Shown here: one piece after another, positions 35,837 through 44,382 of the stretch
How the letters are laid out: every line of letters starts with the position of its first letter
Numbering within the stretch: the first letter of the stretch is position 1
Assembly: GCA_015064485.1 (NCBI GenBank)
Contig: SVSD01000002.1
Span: 49,709 to 113,708, forward strand
Length of the DNA: 64,000 nucleotides
Reading direction: 5' to 3'
Origin: Oscillospiraceae bacterium
Lineage (GTDB): Bacteria; Bacillota; Clostridia; Oscillospirales; CAG-382
Program-made: the position numbers and the translations under genes
The notes under the pieces: generated by a model
Seen by the model: the letters and a program-made list of their open reading frames with translations, nothing else
What the model was told of the DNA's origin: nothing
Database searches by the model: none

Positions 35837-35904
35837 AAATCGGTATATTTTCATATATAAGTAAACCGCTTTTTATGAAAACACATAAATATATAAAAGT
35901 ATGT

Positions 35905-35936
35905 AAAAAAGGAGCTGTAAAATACAGCTCCTTTTG
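35905..35936. terminator. hairpin terminator downstream of S-layer paralog 1
   Basis: AAAAGGAGCTG taaaata CAGCTCCTTTT. Confidence 0.75.
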
Positions 35937-35952
35937 ATTTTTCAGCTATTTA

Positions 35953-38900
35953 TCAGCCTCTTACAACGATTACAAGAGTTGCAAGATCGATATCTTCGTC
36001 CTTAACATCTTCGGACATAATGAAGACTGTAAGCTTTTCAGCTCCTTCGTTGAAGTAAATGTCGTCTTCGTCCTCTTCGGCTGTAATGGAAAGAACATCT
36101 TCGCCGATAACAGTGATTGTTTCCGCTTCTCTGTCAACAAGAGTATAAACTGTATCATCATCAACACGAACATAATTGTCGTTGGGGAGGAAGATGATGC
36201 GGTTATCGACTTCAAAGCCTTCAACAGTCGTAAGATCGCGGCTTCCCTCGGCGAGATAGCCAACCATACCTGCAGTTGTATTCTTAAGATCGCCTGTTTC
36301 TGTCAATTCGTAGATAGCAAAGTCAGGAAGAATATCGTATGTTTCCTTGGAAGGAACTCTGTCGCCAAGCCATATGCCTGTTATAGGATCATATGTCGAG
36401 TAAACATTGATTTCTTCATCATCAGAATTGATTGTTATCTGGTGACCCATGATCATACCGTATTCTGCTGAAGCTACCGTATCATCAACGATCTGTCCGC
36501 CGATTACACAATAGAGGAAGGCAAGCTTTTCTGTGATTTCGGAATTAGGATTATTCTGAATTACAATATAAGCTTCAGAAAATTCCATTGCTTCATCATT
36601 GACATCAAAATTCGGCATATTTTCGCCCGAATAGATCATAAAGTCGTCCTGATCGTTTTCGTTTACATACTTAACGATTATGAGTGTATTGGAGTCGACC
36701 GAAACAAATCTCATTCCGTTGGGAGCAAGAATTTCGGGCACATCAGAATAATTGGCAGCGGGAACAAACTGATAGATCTTATCATTGTATTTTGCCAAAG
36801 AGATACCGTCCGATACTTTAACATTATAGGTATTGCTTGAATCATCGCTCGCAAGAGCTTCGGTATCAGAATTCTGGGATTCAAAGTCAAACGGTTCAAA
36901 TCTGTATCTACCCTGACTGTCAAGAGTGTAAGTCGAGATTTCATTTACGATATTATTGTCGAGGAAGTAATCATTATCCTGAACAACTCCGTTAACCGTC
37001 TTGGAAATCGGAACCAATTCGCTCTTTCCGTTGATATAAGCCTTTACATAAAGACCGTCTTCTATCAAAGTAGCGTCAAAATCGATATATCCTGCTTCAA
37101 AAGCAACTACTTCGTTTTCAACATCCATATAATCAACTATTGCATACTGCTTAACAACATCAACAGGTTGCTCTGTGATTTCAGCCCACAAAACTCTGCC
37201 GTTGTATACATAAAGTTCCCAATACTGGCCGATCTCGAGTTTTGATCTCCAGGGGCTTGCAAAGTAATTATCCGTCCAGGGGAATTTATCATCTTCCATA
37301 GACATACCATAAGTCTGAGAAGCTCCGTAGCTCCAGCTGATATGTCCGACTATGATATTACCCGAGTTCCAAGCATTAATTCTTGTACCGTCTTTCCATG
37401 TAGAAGCGTTCTTGTCGCCGGGAAGTCTGACAGGTGTTGTGATTGTGTTTTTGATAGCGTCGTTTATGCTGTCATCAGCAATCTCAACAATATTTGCAGC
37501 ACCGGAAACATAAGCAAACACAGTTTCGCCGTTTTCATATGATCCGCCTGTAACAGTTGCTCCGTTTACATAGATTTCGGGGAAGTGTGTCTGAGAATTA
37601 TAGTACGCTCTGTTAGTGTAATCACCTGTATGCTTTGCGGTTGTCTTGAAAGAATCATCAGATCTGTCAACAATCTTGCCGAATGTATAGGGCTTCATCC
37701 AGAAGTAATCAACGATACCGTCGTCGTTACAGTCGTAATATTCGAGGTCGTAAATGGAACCTGCACTATTATGTCTTGCAACAGAAAGAAGCTGTGCAAG
37801 TTGATTTCTGTTAGATCTCTGATTGTCCATAAATGCATAACGGTTTTGTGCGAAAGATACAGAAGCTTCCTCAATAGCAGGCTGAACTGTTTCGTCACCC
37901 CACCATGTATAACCCGCCTTATATGTCAATCTGCCTTCATCATCAGCTACAGGATAAAGGCTCCATGCATAGTTGTCAACAGAAGAAGGAAGATTGTAGA
38001 AATACGCTTTGTCTTCGCCCATCCAAACAAGACCTGTTTCGATATTACCGCTATCCTCAATATCTTTTTCTGAGGTAACATCGTATTTGCTGGAATCAAC
38101 ATAGTCTCTTTTGAGATCAGTGCCTTTTCTTACATCCGCATATGCCTTTTCAGAAGGAACATAAGTACCTTTTACGGAAGTTGCCATAACTGTTCCGTCT
38201 TTTTTCATATAAAGAGTGATATCTTTAAGGAAATAATCGTCTGCCTTGCCTTCAAGACCGAGCTTTTCGAATGCTATCATCGGCTTTTCGTTTTCAAGTC
38301 TTTGTTCTTCTACACCGGGGATAACATTTGCAAGTATAACATAGTCCTTCTGCTCATCTTCTGTTCCGGTAGGAGCATATGCAATATAATCAGCATTTGC
38401 AGAATGTTCGGGAATGTTAGAAAGATCGATCGCGAAATTGGGAGTTGCAACAACTCTGCGGTTAATAATTTCGATTTTATAAATCTTATGAGCGATAGAT
38501 TCAGGCTTGTCCTTGAAGATAGAACCCTTATCAGTTACATTAGGATTTTCAAACGAAGGAACGAAGGTTTCTTTGTATGTTTCATTCATATCCGCATAAA
38601 ATGCGTTGTGAAGAATGATAGCAACTGTTCCTCTGTTGATATAATCGGTATAATTTATATCTTCTTCAACATTCTTGCTAAGTCCGATTCTTTCAGCTAT
38701 AGCCAGATATTCTTCGGGATAAGCAAGAGGTCCGTCCTTTTCATAGCCGAGAGCGCGAGTAATCATAACAAAGCAATCTTGCAATGTTATCTTTCCGCCA
38801 GGTCTGAATTGGGTATCCGAAACACCCTTGATTATTCCGGCTGAGCTTGCCCAGGAAATCATACCAAAGAATGTGCTGTCTTTAAGGTCTGTAAAAGTTG

Positions 38901-39177
38901 TAAGGTTTTCCCCGCCCTCAAGAGATCTTCCCTCTTTCATCAAGCGGTAAATGAATGCAGCCATCTGTTCACGGGTAACATATTTTGTTGTTCCGTATGA
39001 TGTTTCACTTTGTCCTTTTGCAATTCCAAGGGAATTGAGAAGCTCAACAGCTTCATAAAGAGCTTCGTTGTCTTTAGTAACATCGTCAAAGTTTGCTGCG
39101 GATGTGTTAAAAACACAAACCGAGCAAAGAGTAGCAACAACGAGAACCAGGGACAAAAGCTTTGCAAATTTTCTCAT
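35953..39177 (-). CDS. SLH-domain cell-surface (S-layer) protein, paralog 1
   Basis: 1074 aa; signal peptide MRKFAKLLSLVLVVATLCSVCVFNTSAANF; N-terminal SLH repeats (ALYEAVELLNSLGIAKG, TREQMAAFIYRL, WASSAGIIKG). Confidence 0.85.
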   Translation of the reverse strand: MRKFAKLLSLVLVVATLCSVCVFNTSAANFDDVTKDNEALYEAVELLNSLGIAKGQSETSYGTTKYVTREQMAAFIYRLMKEGRSLEGGENLTTFTDLKDSTFFGMISWASSAGIIKGVSDTQFRPGGKITLQDCFVMITRALGYEKDGPLAYPEEYLAIAERIGLSKNVEEDINYTDYINRGTVAIILHNAFYADMNETYKETFVPSFENPNVTDKGSIFKDKPESIAHKIYKIEIINRRVVATPNFAIDLSNIPEHSANADYIAYAPTGTEDEQKDYVILANVIPGVEEQRLENEKPMIAFEKLGLEGKADDYFLKDITLYMKKDGTVMATSVKGTYVPSEKAYADVRKGTDLKRDYVDSSKYDVTSEKDIEDSGNIETGLVWMGEDKAYFYNLPSSVDNYAWSLYPVADDEGRLTYKAGYTWWGDETVQPAIEEASVSFAQNRYAFMDNQRSNRNQLAQLLSVARHNSAGSIYDLEYYDCNDDGIVDYFWMKPYTFGKIVDRSDDSFKTTAKHTGDYTNRAYYNSQTHFPEIYVNGATVTGGSYENGETVFAYVSGAANIVEIADDSINDAIKNTITTPVRLPGDKNASTWKDGTRINAWNSGNIIVGHISWSYGASQTYGMSMEDDKFPWTDNYFASPWRSKLEIGQYWELYVYNGRVLWAEITEQPVDVVKQYAIVDYMDVENEVVAFEAGYIDFDATLIEDGLYVKAYINGKSELVPISKTVNGVVQDNDYFLDNNIVNEISTYTLDSQGRYRFEPFDFESQNSDTEALASDDSSNTYNVKVSDGISLAKYNDKIYQFVPAANYSDVPEILAPNGMRFVSVDSNTLIIVKYVNENDQDDFMIYSGENMPNFDVNDEAMEFSEAYIVIQNNPNSEITEKLAFLYCVIGGQIVDDTVASAEYGMIMGHQITINSDDEEINVYSTYDPITGIWLGDRVPSKETYDILPDFAIYELTETGDLKNTTAGMVGYLAEGSRDLTTVEGFEVDNRIIFLPNDNYVRVDDDTVYTLVDREAETITVIGEDVLSITAEEDEDDIYFNEGAEKLTVFIMSEDVKDEDIDLATLVIVVRG

Positions 39178-39285
39178 GAATATTGTCCTCCTGAAAAATA
39201 AGTAAGACCGTATACAAATTACCGGTCAGTAAACAGAAAAGCGCAAAAAGTATAAATTGCGGCTTTTACTCCATTTAACACTATC

Positions 39286-39314
39286 ATTATACCAATAACA
39301 AGGACAAATATCAA
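39286..39314 (-). promoter_or_regulatory. sigma-A promoter of S-layer paralog 1 (about 100-nt 5' UTR)
   Basis: Minus strand TTGATA (39309-39314), 17 nt, TGgTATAAT (39286-39291). Confidence 0.65.
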
Positions 39315-39329
39315 CAGCAAATCCCCAAA

Positions 39330-39347
39330 TGTAACACTTTTGTAACA
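39330..39347. promoter_or_regulatory. tandem direct repeat TGTAACAC-ttt-TGTAACA, 15 bp upstream of the -35
   Basis: Read directly; 11-bp periodicity; same element and spacing upstream of paralog 2. Confidence 0.55.
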
Positions 39348-39430
39348 AACAAAATAAACTAAACAAAGAAAAGTTTTAGAGTCTTATACTCTTTGACACG
39401 AATATGCGGTTAGTAAAACAAAAAGTGTAA

Positions 39431-39462
39431 AAAAGACCCCCGGCATTTCTGCCGGGAGCCCA
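39431..39462 (-). terminator. rho-independent terminator of S-layer paralog 2
   Basis: Minus strand CTCCCGGCAGAAATGCCGGGGG followed by TCTTTTTT. Confidence 0.8.
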
Positions 39463-39504
39463 ATTTATAATTTGAAATTAGATATCAAATTATGCTCTGA
39501 ATTA

Positions 39505-42500
39505 TTAAGCGAATGTAGGAACAATAACGATTGTCTTAACATTCTTGATTTCGTCGTTTTCGTCGTTATCTTCAGCGATTACGAAGAGTGTAAGAGCTGT
39601 TACATCCTTGAGGTCTTCGTAAGCGATTTCGTCTTCATCAACTGTGAGAGCGTCGTCTTCAGCCTTGAACCAGCTGTTGTCTTCTTCGTCGTAAACGAGG
39701 ATTGTAGCATCAGCGTTGAGAACATAAGTGTTAGCGTCATCAACAATTGTGAGGAACTTGTTTTCATCGTCGTAAGCTGCGAATGCACCTGCGAAGAGAA
39801 CGTTTTCAGCGTATGTTGTATCAACAATTGCTTCGTTCTTGATTTCGCCGTTCTTATCGAGAACAACGATGTCGCCTACTACAAAGCTGTCGCCTTCAGT
39901 TGCAACTTCAACATCAGGTGTTTCGTTACCTGTAAGGTCGATAACTGTGTAGATGTTCTTTTCCTGACCGTCTTCGTCAGCGATAACTGTTTCTTCAACA
40001 ACGATTCTGTAATCCTTTGTTGCTGTAGAAGCGAAGTCAGTTACTTCAGCGAAGAGGATGCCGAGGTTTTCAACACTGGACTTAGTATTGTTTACGAATA
40101 CAGCCTTAACATCTGTGAATACTGTGTTATCAAACTTGGAGAGGTTTGTAGCATCGTATACTGTGTATACTGTTTCGTCATCTTCAACAGACTTGATGAT
40201 GAGCTTGGAGTAGTCCTTAACATTGAACTTGGAGATACCTGTGAGGTCGCCAGCAGTTGCTTCGTAGATGGAGCCGGAGAAGTGCTTGATTGTAGCAGTT
40301 CTTTCGTCGCCATTAGCTCTGAGGCCGTAGTAAACAGCGTTTTCATCTTCTGTGCTTGCAAATGCTGTTGCGATATCAGAACCGCTTACAGTCTTAGCGT
40401 CAACAAAGTTGAGAGCTGTGAATACAAATGCACCTTCAGATGTCTTTGTGAATGTAGAGAACTTGCCTTCAAGTTCAGCAGCGATAGCGTCAGCCTGATC
40501 TTCTGTCTTGATCTTCTGAGATGTTGCGTTAGCAAGATTTGCATCAGCTACAGTACCGTCTTCGTTGTACTTGTTGAATACCTTTGCAGTTTCAGCAAGC
40601 TGAACTGTCTTAACAGCGCCGTCGATAACAGCCTTTACAAAGTAAACTTCCTTGTATTCGCCGTCAACAACCTTATTCTGTGTCTTAACTGTGTTTTCAA
40701 GAACGATTGCATAGTTAGCGTTTGCATCGAATGTAGCATTTTCAGCATCAGCGTCTGTGTAGAGAACTACGCCGTCCTTAGCGTATACAGTGTAAACTGT
40801 ACCAGCTGCGAAATCGCCGATTGTGTATGTGGAACCTGCGAACTTGTTAGCAGCTTCGAATGTTTCAACCTTAACACCGTTAGCGAATGTAACAACCTTG
40901 GACTTAGTCTTGTCAGACTTAGCTGTAACCTTTTCTTCGAAAGGAGTTACAACTTCTGCAACCTTGATGTATGCAGCGTCATCGTTGTAGTATGCGAGAA
41001 CATAATCCTTATCAGCAAATTCTACGCCTTCAACTGTAGCTTCGATGTCCTTAACATTGATAGCTGCAGCATTAGCAAGAGCATCTGCTTTGGGGAGAAT
41101 TGTGTTCTTCTTGTCGAGGAGCTGGATGAACTTGTAGTCCTTAACGAAAATGTATTCAGCGTAACCGTCGCCGTTTACGTCGTATACATCAGCTTCGTAA
41201 AGACCGCCGTTGTAAAGTGCTGTGAATTCATCTTCGAATGCTGTTGTAAGAGCATCGGGATCTCTAGTAAAATCAGCAGTAGAAATATAAACTTCTTCAA
41301 AGTTTGCACGGCTTGCACGGTTAGAGTATTCGAATGTAGCATAGTCTTCTGTGTAAGTACCGGATGTAAGGTCGATGAACTGAACAGCAGCCTTACCGCC
41401 AACTTCGAGAGATGTGTAAGAATAAGGAGCAAGAGTTGCGTCAAGGTAAGCCTTGATGCCGCCGAGAGTAACGAGACCTGTCATAACCTTATCGTCATTC
41501 TTGTCTTCGTTTACATAGTATTCCTTGTCTGTCTTTGTGGATCTTGCGATTTCAACATCAGCTGCAGTTACAGTCTTCTTAACGAGGTTGGATTTAGCTG
41601 CGATGATTTCATCATCCTTAGCTTCCTTAGCCTTCTTAACGAAGAGTGTGATTTCAGCCATAAAGTAATCGTCGGAAGAACCTTCGAGCTTGAGGTCTGC
41701 CATTTCATATTCGTGAGCAGTTTCAACTACTACGCCGTCTTCATCGTATCTTGTACCGTAGAGAGTATCAACATCCTTGTTTTCAGCAGCTGTAGCGGAA
41801 GCACCGTAACCGTAGTGAGCAGTAGCTTCAACTACGAGAGTTTCTTCAACAACGCCGAAGATCTTGTTAGCGATTGTTTCAGCCTTTTCGTATGCAACAT
41901 ATGCACCGAGAGTTTCGCCGTCAACTGTTGTTGTTTCCCATTTGTAGTCAACAGTCTTTTCGTTCATATCAGCGTAGAAAGCGTTAGCGAGGATGATAGC
42001 AACCTGGCCACGAGTAAGGTTATCTGTGTAATCTACTGTGGAAGGAATGTTTTCATCGAGGCCAAGAGCTTCAGCCTGATCTACATAACCGAAGGGATAT
42101 GCAAGAGCGCCGTCCTTTTCGTAACCGAGAGCACGAACAACCATTACATAAGCATCCTGAAGTGTGATGTTACCTGTGGGGTTGAATGTAGTAGCGGATG
42201 TACCCTTGATGATTCCTGCAGTGTTTGCCCAAGAAATCATATTAAAGAATGTGCTGTCTTCGAGGTCAGCGAAAGGTGTTGTGTTAACGCCGCCTTCAGA
42301 AGAACGACCAGCCTTCATAAGTCTGTAAACGAAAGCAGCCATCTGCTGACGAGTTACAAGAGCTTCGGGGCTGAATTCTGTTTCAGATGTACCCTTAGCA
42401 ACTCCGAGAGTTGTGAGGAGTTCAACAGCATCATAAAGAGCTGCATCATCAACAGAAACATCTGCGAATGCTGCGCTTACAGGCATAGCGCCCATGATCA

Positions 42501-42546
42501 TGAGAGCAGCAAGTGCGAGAGTGAGAAGTTTTGTGATTTTTCTCAT
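39505..42546 (-). CDS. SLH-domain S-layer protein, paralog 2 (strong codon bias, probably the major S-layer protein)
   Basis: 1013 aa; signal peptide MRKITKLLTLALAALMIMGAMPVSAAFA; SLH repeats as in paralog 1; no TTA, CTA or TCA codon in 1013 codons. Confidence 0.85.
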   Translation of the reverse strand: MRKITKLLTLALAALMIMGAMPVSAAFADVSVDDAALYDAVELLTTLGVAKGTSETEFSPEALVTRQQMAAFVYRLMKAGRSSEGGVNTTPFADLEDSTFFNMISWANTAGIIKGTSATTFNPTGNITLQDAYVMVVRALGYEKDGALAYPFGYVDQAEALGLDENIPSTVDYTDNLTRGQVAIILANAFYADMNEKTVDYKWETTTVDGETLGAYVAYEKAETIANKIFGVVEETLVVEATAHYGYGASATAAENKDVDTLYGTRYDEDGVVVETAHEYEMADLKLEGSSDDYFMAEITLFVKKAKEAKDDEIIAAKSNLVKKTVTAADVEIARSTKTDKEYYVNEDKNDDKVMTGLVTLGGIKAYLDATLAPYSYTSLEVGGKAAVQFIDLTSGTYTEDYATFEYSNRASRANFEEVYISTADFTRDPDALTTAFEDEFTALYNGGLYEADVYDVNGDGYAEYIFVKDYKFIQLLDKKNTILPKADALANAAAINVKDIEATVEGVEFADKDYVLAYYNDDAAYIKVAEVVTPFEEKVTAKSDKTKSKVVTFANGVKVETFEAANKFAGSTYTIGDFAAGTVYTVYAKDGVVLYTDADAENATFDANANYAIVLENTVKTQNKVVDGEYKEVYFVKAVIDGAVKTVQLAETAKVFNKYNEDGTVADANLANATSQKIKTEDQADAIAAELEGKFSTFTKTSEGAFVFTALNFVDAKTVSGSDIATAFASTEDENAVYYGLRANGDERTATIKHFSGSIYEATAGDLTGISKFNVKDYSKLIIKSVEDDETVYTVYDATNLSKFDNTVFTDVKAVFVNNTKSSVENLGILFAEVTDFASTATKDYRIVVEETVIADEDGQEKNIYTVIDLTGNETPDVEVATEGDSFVVGDIVVLDKNGEIKNEAIVDTTYAENVLFAGAFAAYDDENKFLTIVDDANTYVLNADATILVYDEEDNSWFKAEDDALTVDEDEIAYEDLKDVTALTLFVIAEDNDENDEIKNVKTIVIVPTFA

Positions 42547-42623
42547 TAGAAAATCCTCCTATAAAAATTTATTATCTGAAGCATATATCCGGAGACCTAC
42601 CTCCGTTTCCTGCTTACAGTCAT

Positions 42624-42652
42624 ATAATAATACACAACTTAAAAAATTGCAA
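42624..42652 (-). promoter_or_regulatory. sigma-A promoter of S-layer paralog 2
   Basis: Minus strand TTGCAA (42647-42652), 17 nt, TATTAT (42624-42629). Confidence 0.5.
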
Positions 42653-42667
42653 TACTTTTTCATCGTT

Positions 42668-42704
42668 TGTAACACAACTGTAACACTTAGACGATTTTTG
42701 TTAC
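42668..42704. promoter_or_regulatory. tandem direct repeat TGTAACAC-aac-TGTAACAC 15 bp upstream of the -35, plus one inverted copy TGTTACA
   Basis: Read directly: 42668-42675, 42679-42686, and the inverted copy at 42698-42704. Confidence 0.55.
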
Positions 42705-42920
42705 AATCTGTCGCCTTATGAAGAAAAACATACGCTTCGGGGGTACCCCTTTTTTCGTTGTGCAGACGGTTTTTTCGCCGCCACGAATAATAAGACGAAA
42801 AAGCGCAGATTTTGTTCCGTTTAGTTTCAAAAAAATATTTTTAATTTTGTTTTTATATATAATATAATATAAATGAAGGAAAATCCTCGCCGGGAGGGGG
42901 TATCCTTTAATTTTTTAATT

Positions 42921-42965
42921 AAAAAACAAATTCAAACGCAAACGGGAAGCTTCCGCTTCCCGTTT
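42921..42965 (-). terminator. terminator of argG
   Basis: AAACGGGAAGC ggaa GCTTCCCGTTT followed by a T-rich tract. Confidence 0.7.
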
Positions 42966-42971
42966 AATTTC

Positions 42972-44198
42972 TTATTTATTCTTATTCTTTGCGTCAACAA
43001 GCGCCTGAACCTTGATAGGAAGACCGTAAAGATTGATAAAGCCTGCCGCATCAGCCTGGTTGTAATCGCTTTCGCCGAATGTCGCAATATCTTCGGAGTA
43101 AAGGCTGTAATCGCTCCATACACCTGCTTTTATGATATTGCCCTTGTAAAGCTTAAGCTTAACGGAACCTGTAACATTTTCCTGAGTCTTGTCAACAAAA
43201 GCAGAAAGAGCTTCGCGCAAAGGTGTGTACCACTGTGCGTTATAAACAAGATCTGCAAATGTAATTGCAAGTTCCTTTTTCTTGTGATATGTCATCTTGT
43301 CAAGACAAACTGTTTCGAGGTAGTTGTGAGCAAAATAAAGGATAGCTCCGCCGGGAGTTTCATAAACGCCGCGGCATTTCATACCCACAAGACGGTTTTC
43401 AACGATATCAACAATACCGACACCGTGCTTTCCGCCGAGCTCATTGAGCTTCAAGATAACATTCTTCGCGCTCATCTTTTCGCCGTTTACTGCAACGGGA
43501 ATACCTTTTACGAAATCAATTGTAACATATTCGGGAGCATCGGGCGCCTGGAGGGGCGAAACACCCATTTCAAGGAAGCCTTTCTTTTCATACATAGGCT
43601 CGTTGCCTGTATCTTCAAGGTCAAGACCTTCGTGTGAAAGATGCCACATATTCTTGTCCTTCGAATAGTTTGTTTCGCGGTTTATCTTAAGGGGTACATT
43701 ATGAGCTTCCGCATAGTCGATTTCCTCGTCACGGGATTTGATATCCCATTCACGCCAGGGGGCGATGATGGGCATACCGGGAGCAAACGCCTGAATTGCG
43801 AGTTCAAAACGAACCTGGTCGTTTCCTTTACCTGTACATCCGTGACAGATAGCATCAGCGCCTTCGGCTATTGCAATTTCAGCAAGCCTTTTGCCGATAA
43901 CAGGACGGGCAAGAGCAGTGCCGAGAAGATAATCTTCATAAACAGCACCTGCCTTTACGGAAGGAATAACGATATCGTTTACAAATTCTTCTGTAAGATC
44001 TTCAACATAAAGCTTTGATGCGCCTGTCTTTATGGCCTTTTCTTCAAGACCGTCAAGCTCATCCGCCTGTCCGACATTACCCGCAACTGCAATGATTTCG
44101 GGGTTGTTGTAGTTTTCTTTGAGCCACGGAATGATTATTGAAGTATCAAGTCCGCCCGAGTACGCAAGAACTATTTTCTTTATATTTTTCTTATCCAT
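42972..44198 (-). CDS. argG: argininosuccinate synthase
   Basis: 408 aa; [12 protein letters not shown]-pyrophosphatase motif; full-length family pattern. Confidence 0.95.
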   Translation of the reverse strand: MDKKNIKKIVLAYSGGLDTSIIIPWLKENYNNPEIIAVAGNVGQADELDGLEEKAIKTGASKLYVEDLTEEFVNDIVIPSVKAGAVYEDYLLGTALARPVIGKRLAEIAIAEGADAICHGCTGKGNDQVRFELAIQAFAPGMPIIAPWREWDIKSRDEEIDYAEAHNVPLKINRETNYSKDKNMWHLSHEGLDLEDTGNEPMYEKKGFLEMGVSPLQAPDAPEYVTIDFVKGIPVAVNGEKMSAKNVILKLNELGGKHGVGIVDIVENRLVGMKCRGVYETPGGAILYFAHNYLETVCLDKMTYHKKKELAITFADLVYNAQWYTPLREALSAFVDKTQENVTGSVKLKLYKGNIIKAGVWSDYSLYSEDIATFGESDYNQADAAGFINLYGLPIKVQALVDAKNKNK

Positions 44199-44236
44199 TT
44201 TCTTTTTCTCCTTCGAGGATAGTTATTATTTATTCA

Positions 44237-44358
44237 ATGTGCATAATTATACACTTGTTTTTTCGATTTGTCAAGGGTTTTTTGCATTTTATTCAACATT
44301 TTTCAATTATATGCACAATTTATGCATATATACATATGTTTTTGCATAATATGCACAA
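44237..44358. promoter_or_regulatory. argG promoter plus four ARG-box-like operators (ArgR/AhrC sites)
   Basis: Minus strand TTGACA (44269-44274), 17 nt, TATAAT (44246-44251). Boxes: GTGCATAATTATACAC (overlaps the -10), TTGCATTTTATTCAA, TATGCACAATTTATGCATA, TGCATAATATGCA. Confidence 0.6.
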
Positions 44359-44382
44359 ATTTATTCACCCCCCACCCTGTTA

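Noticed and set aside
39472-42549. 1025-aa ORF on the plus strand (Cys/Val/Ser/Phe-rich)
   Set aside because: It is codon-aligned antisense to the S-layer gene 39505-42546. It is open only because that gene never uses TTA, CTA or TCA codons. The composition is implausible, and it has no RBS or promoter.
42738-42755. GGGGTACCCC followed by a T-run, considered as a plus-strand terminator
   Set aside because: The palindrome has essentially no loop, and there is no upstream plus-strand gene. It is probably incidental.
42873-43637. 254-aa plus-strand ORF
   Set aside because: It is antisense to argG, which is unambiguous.
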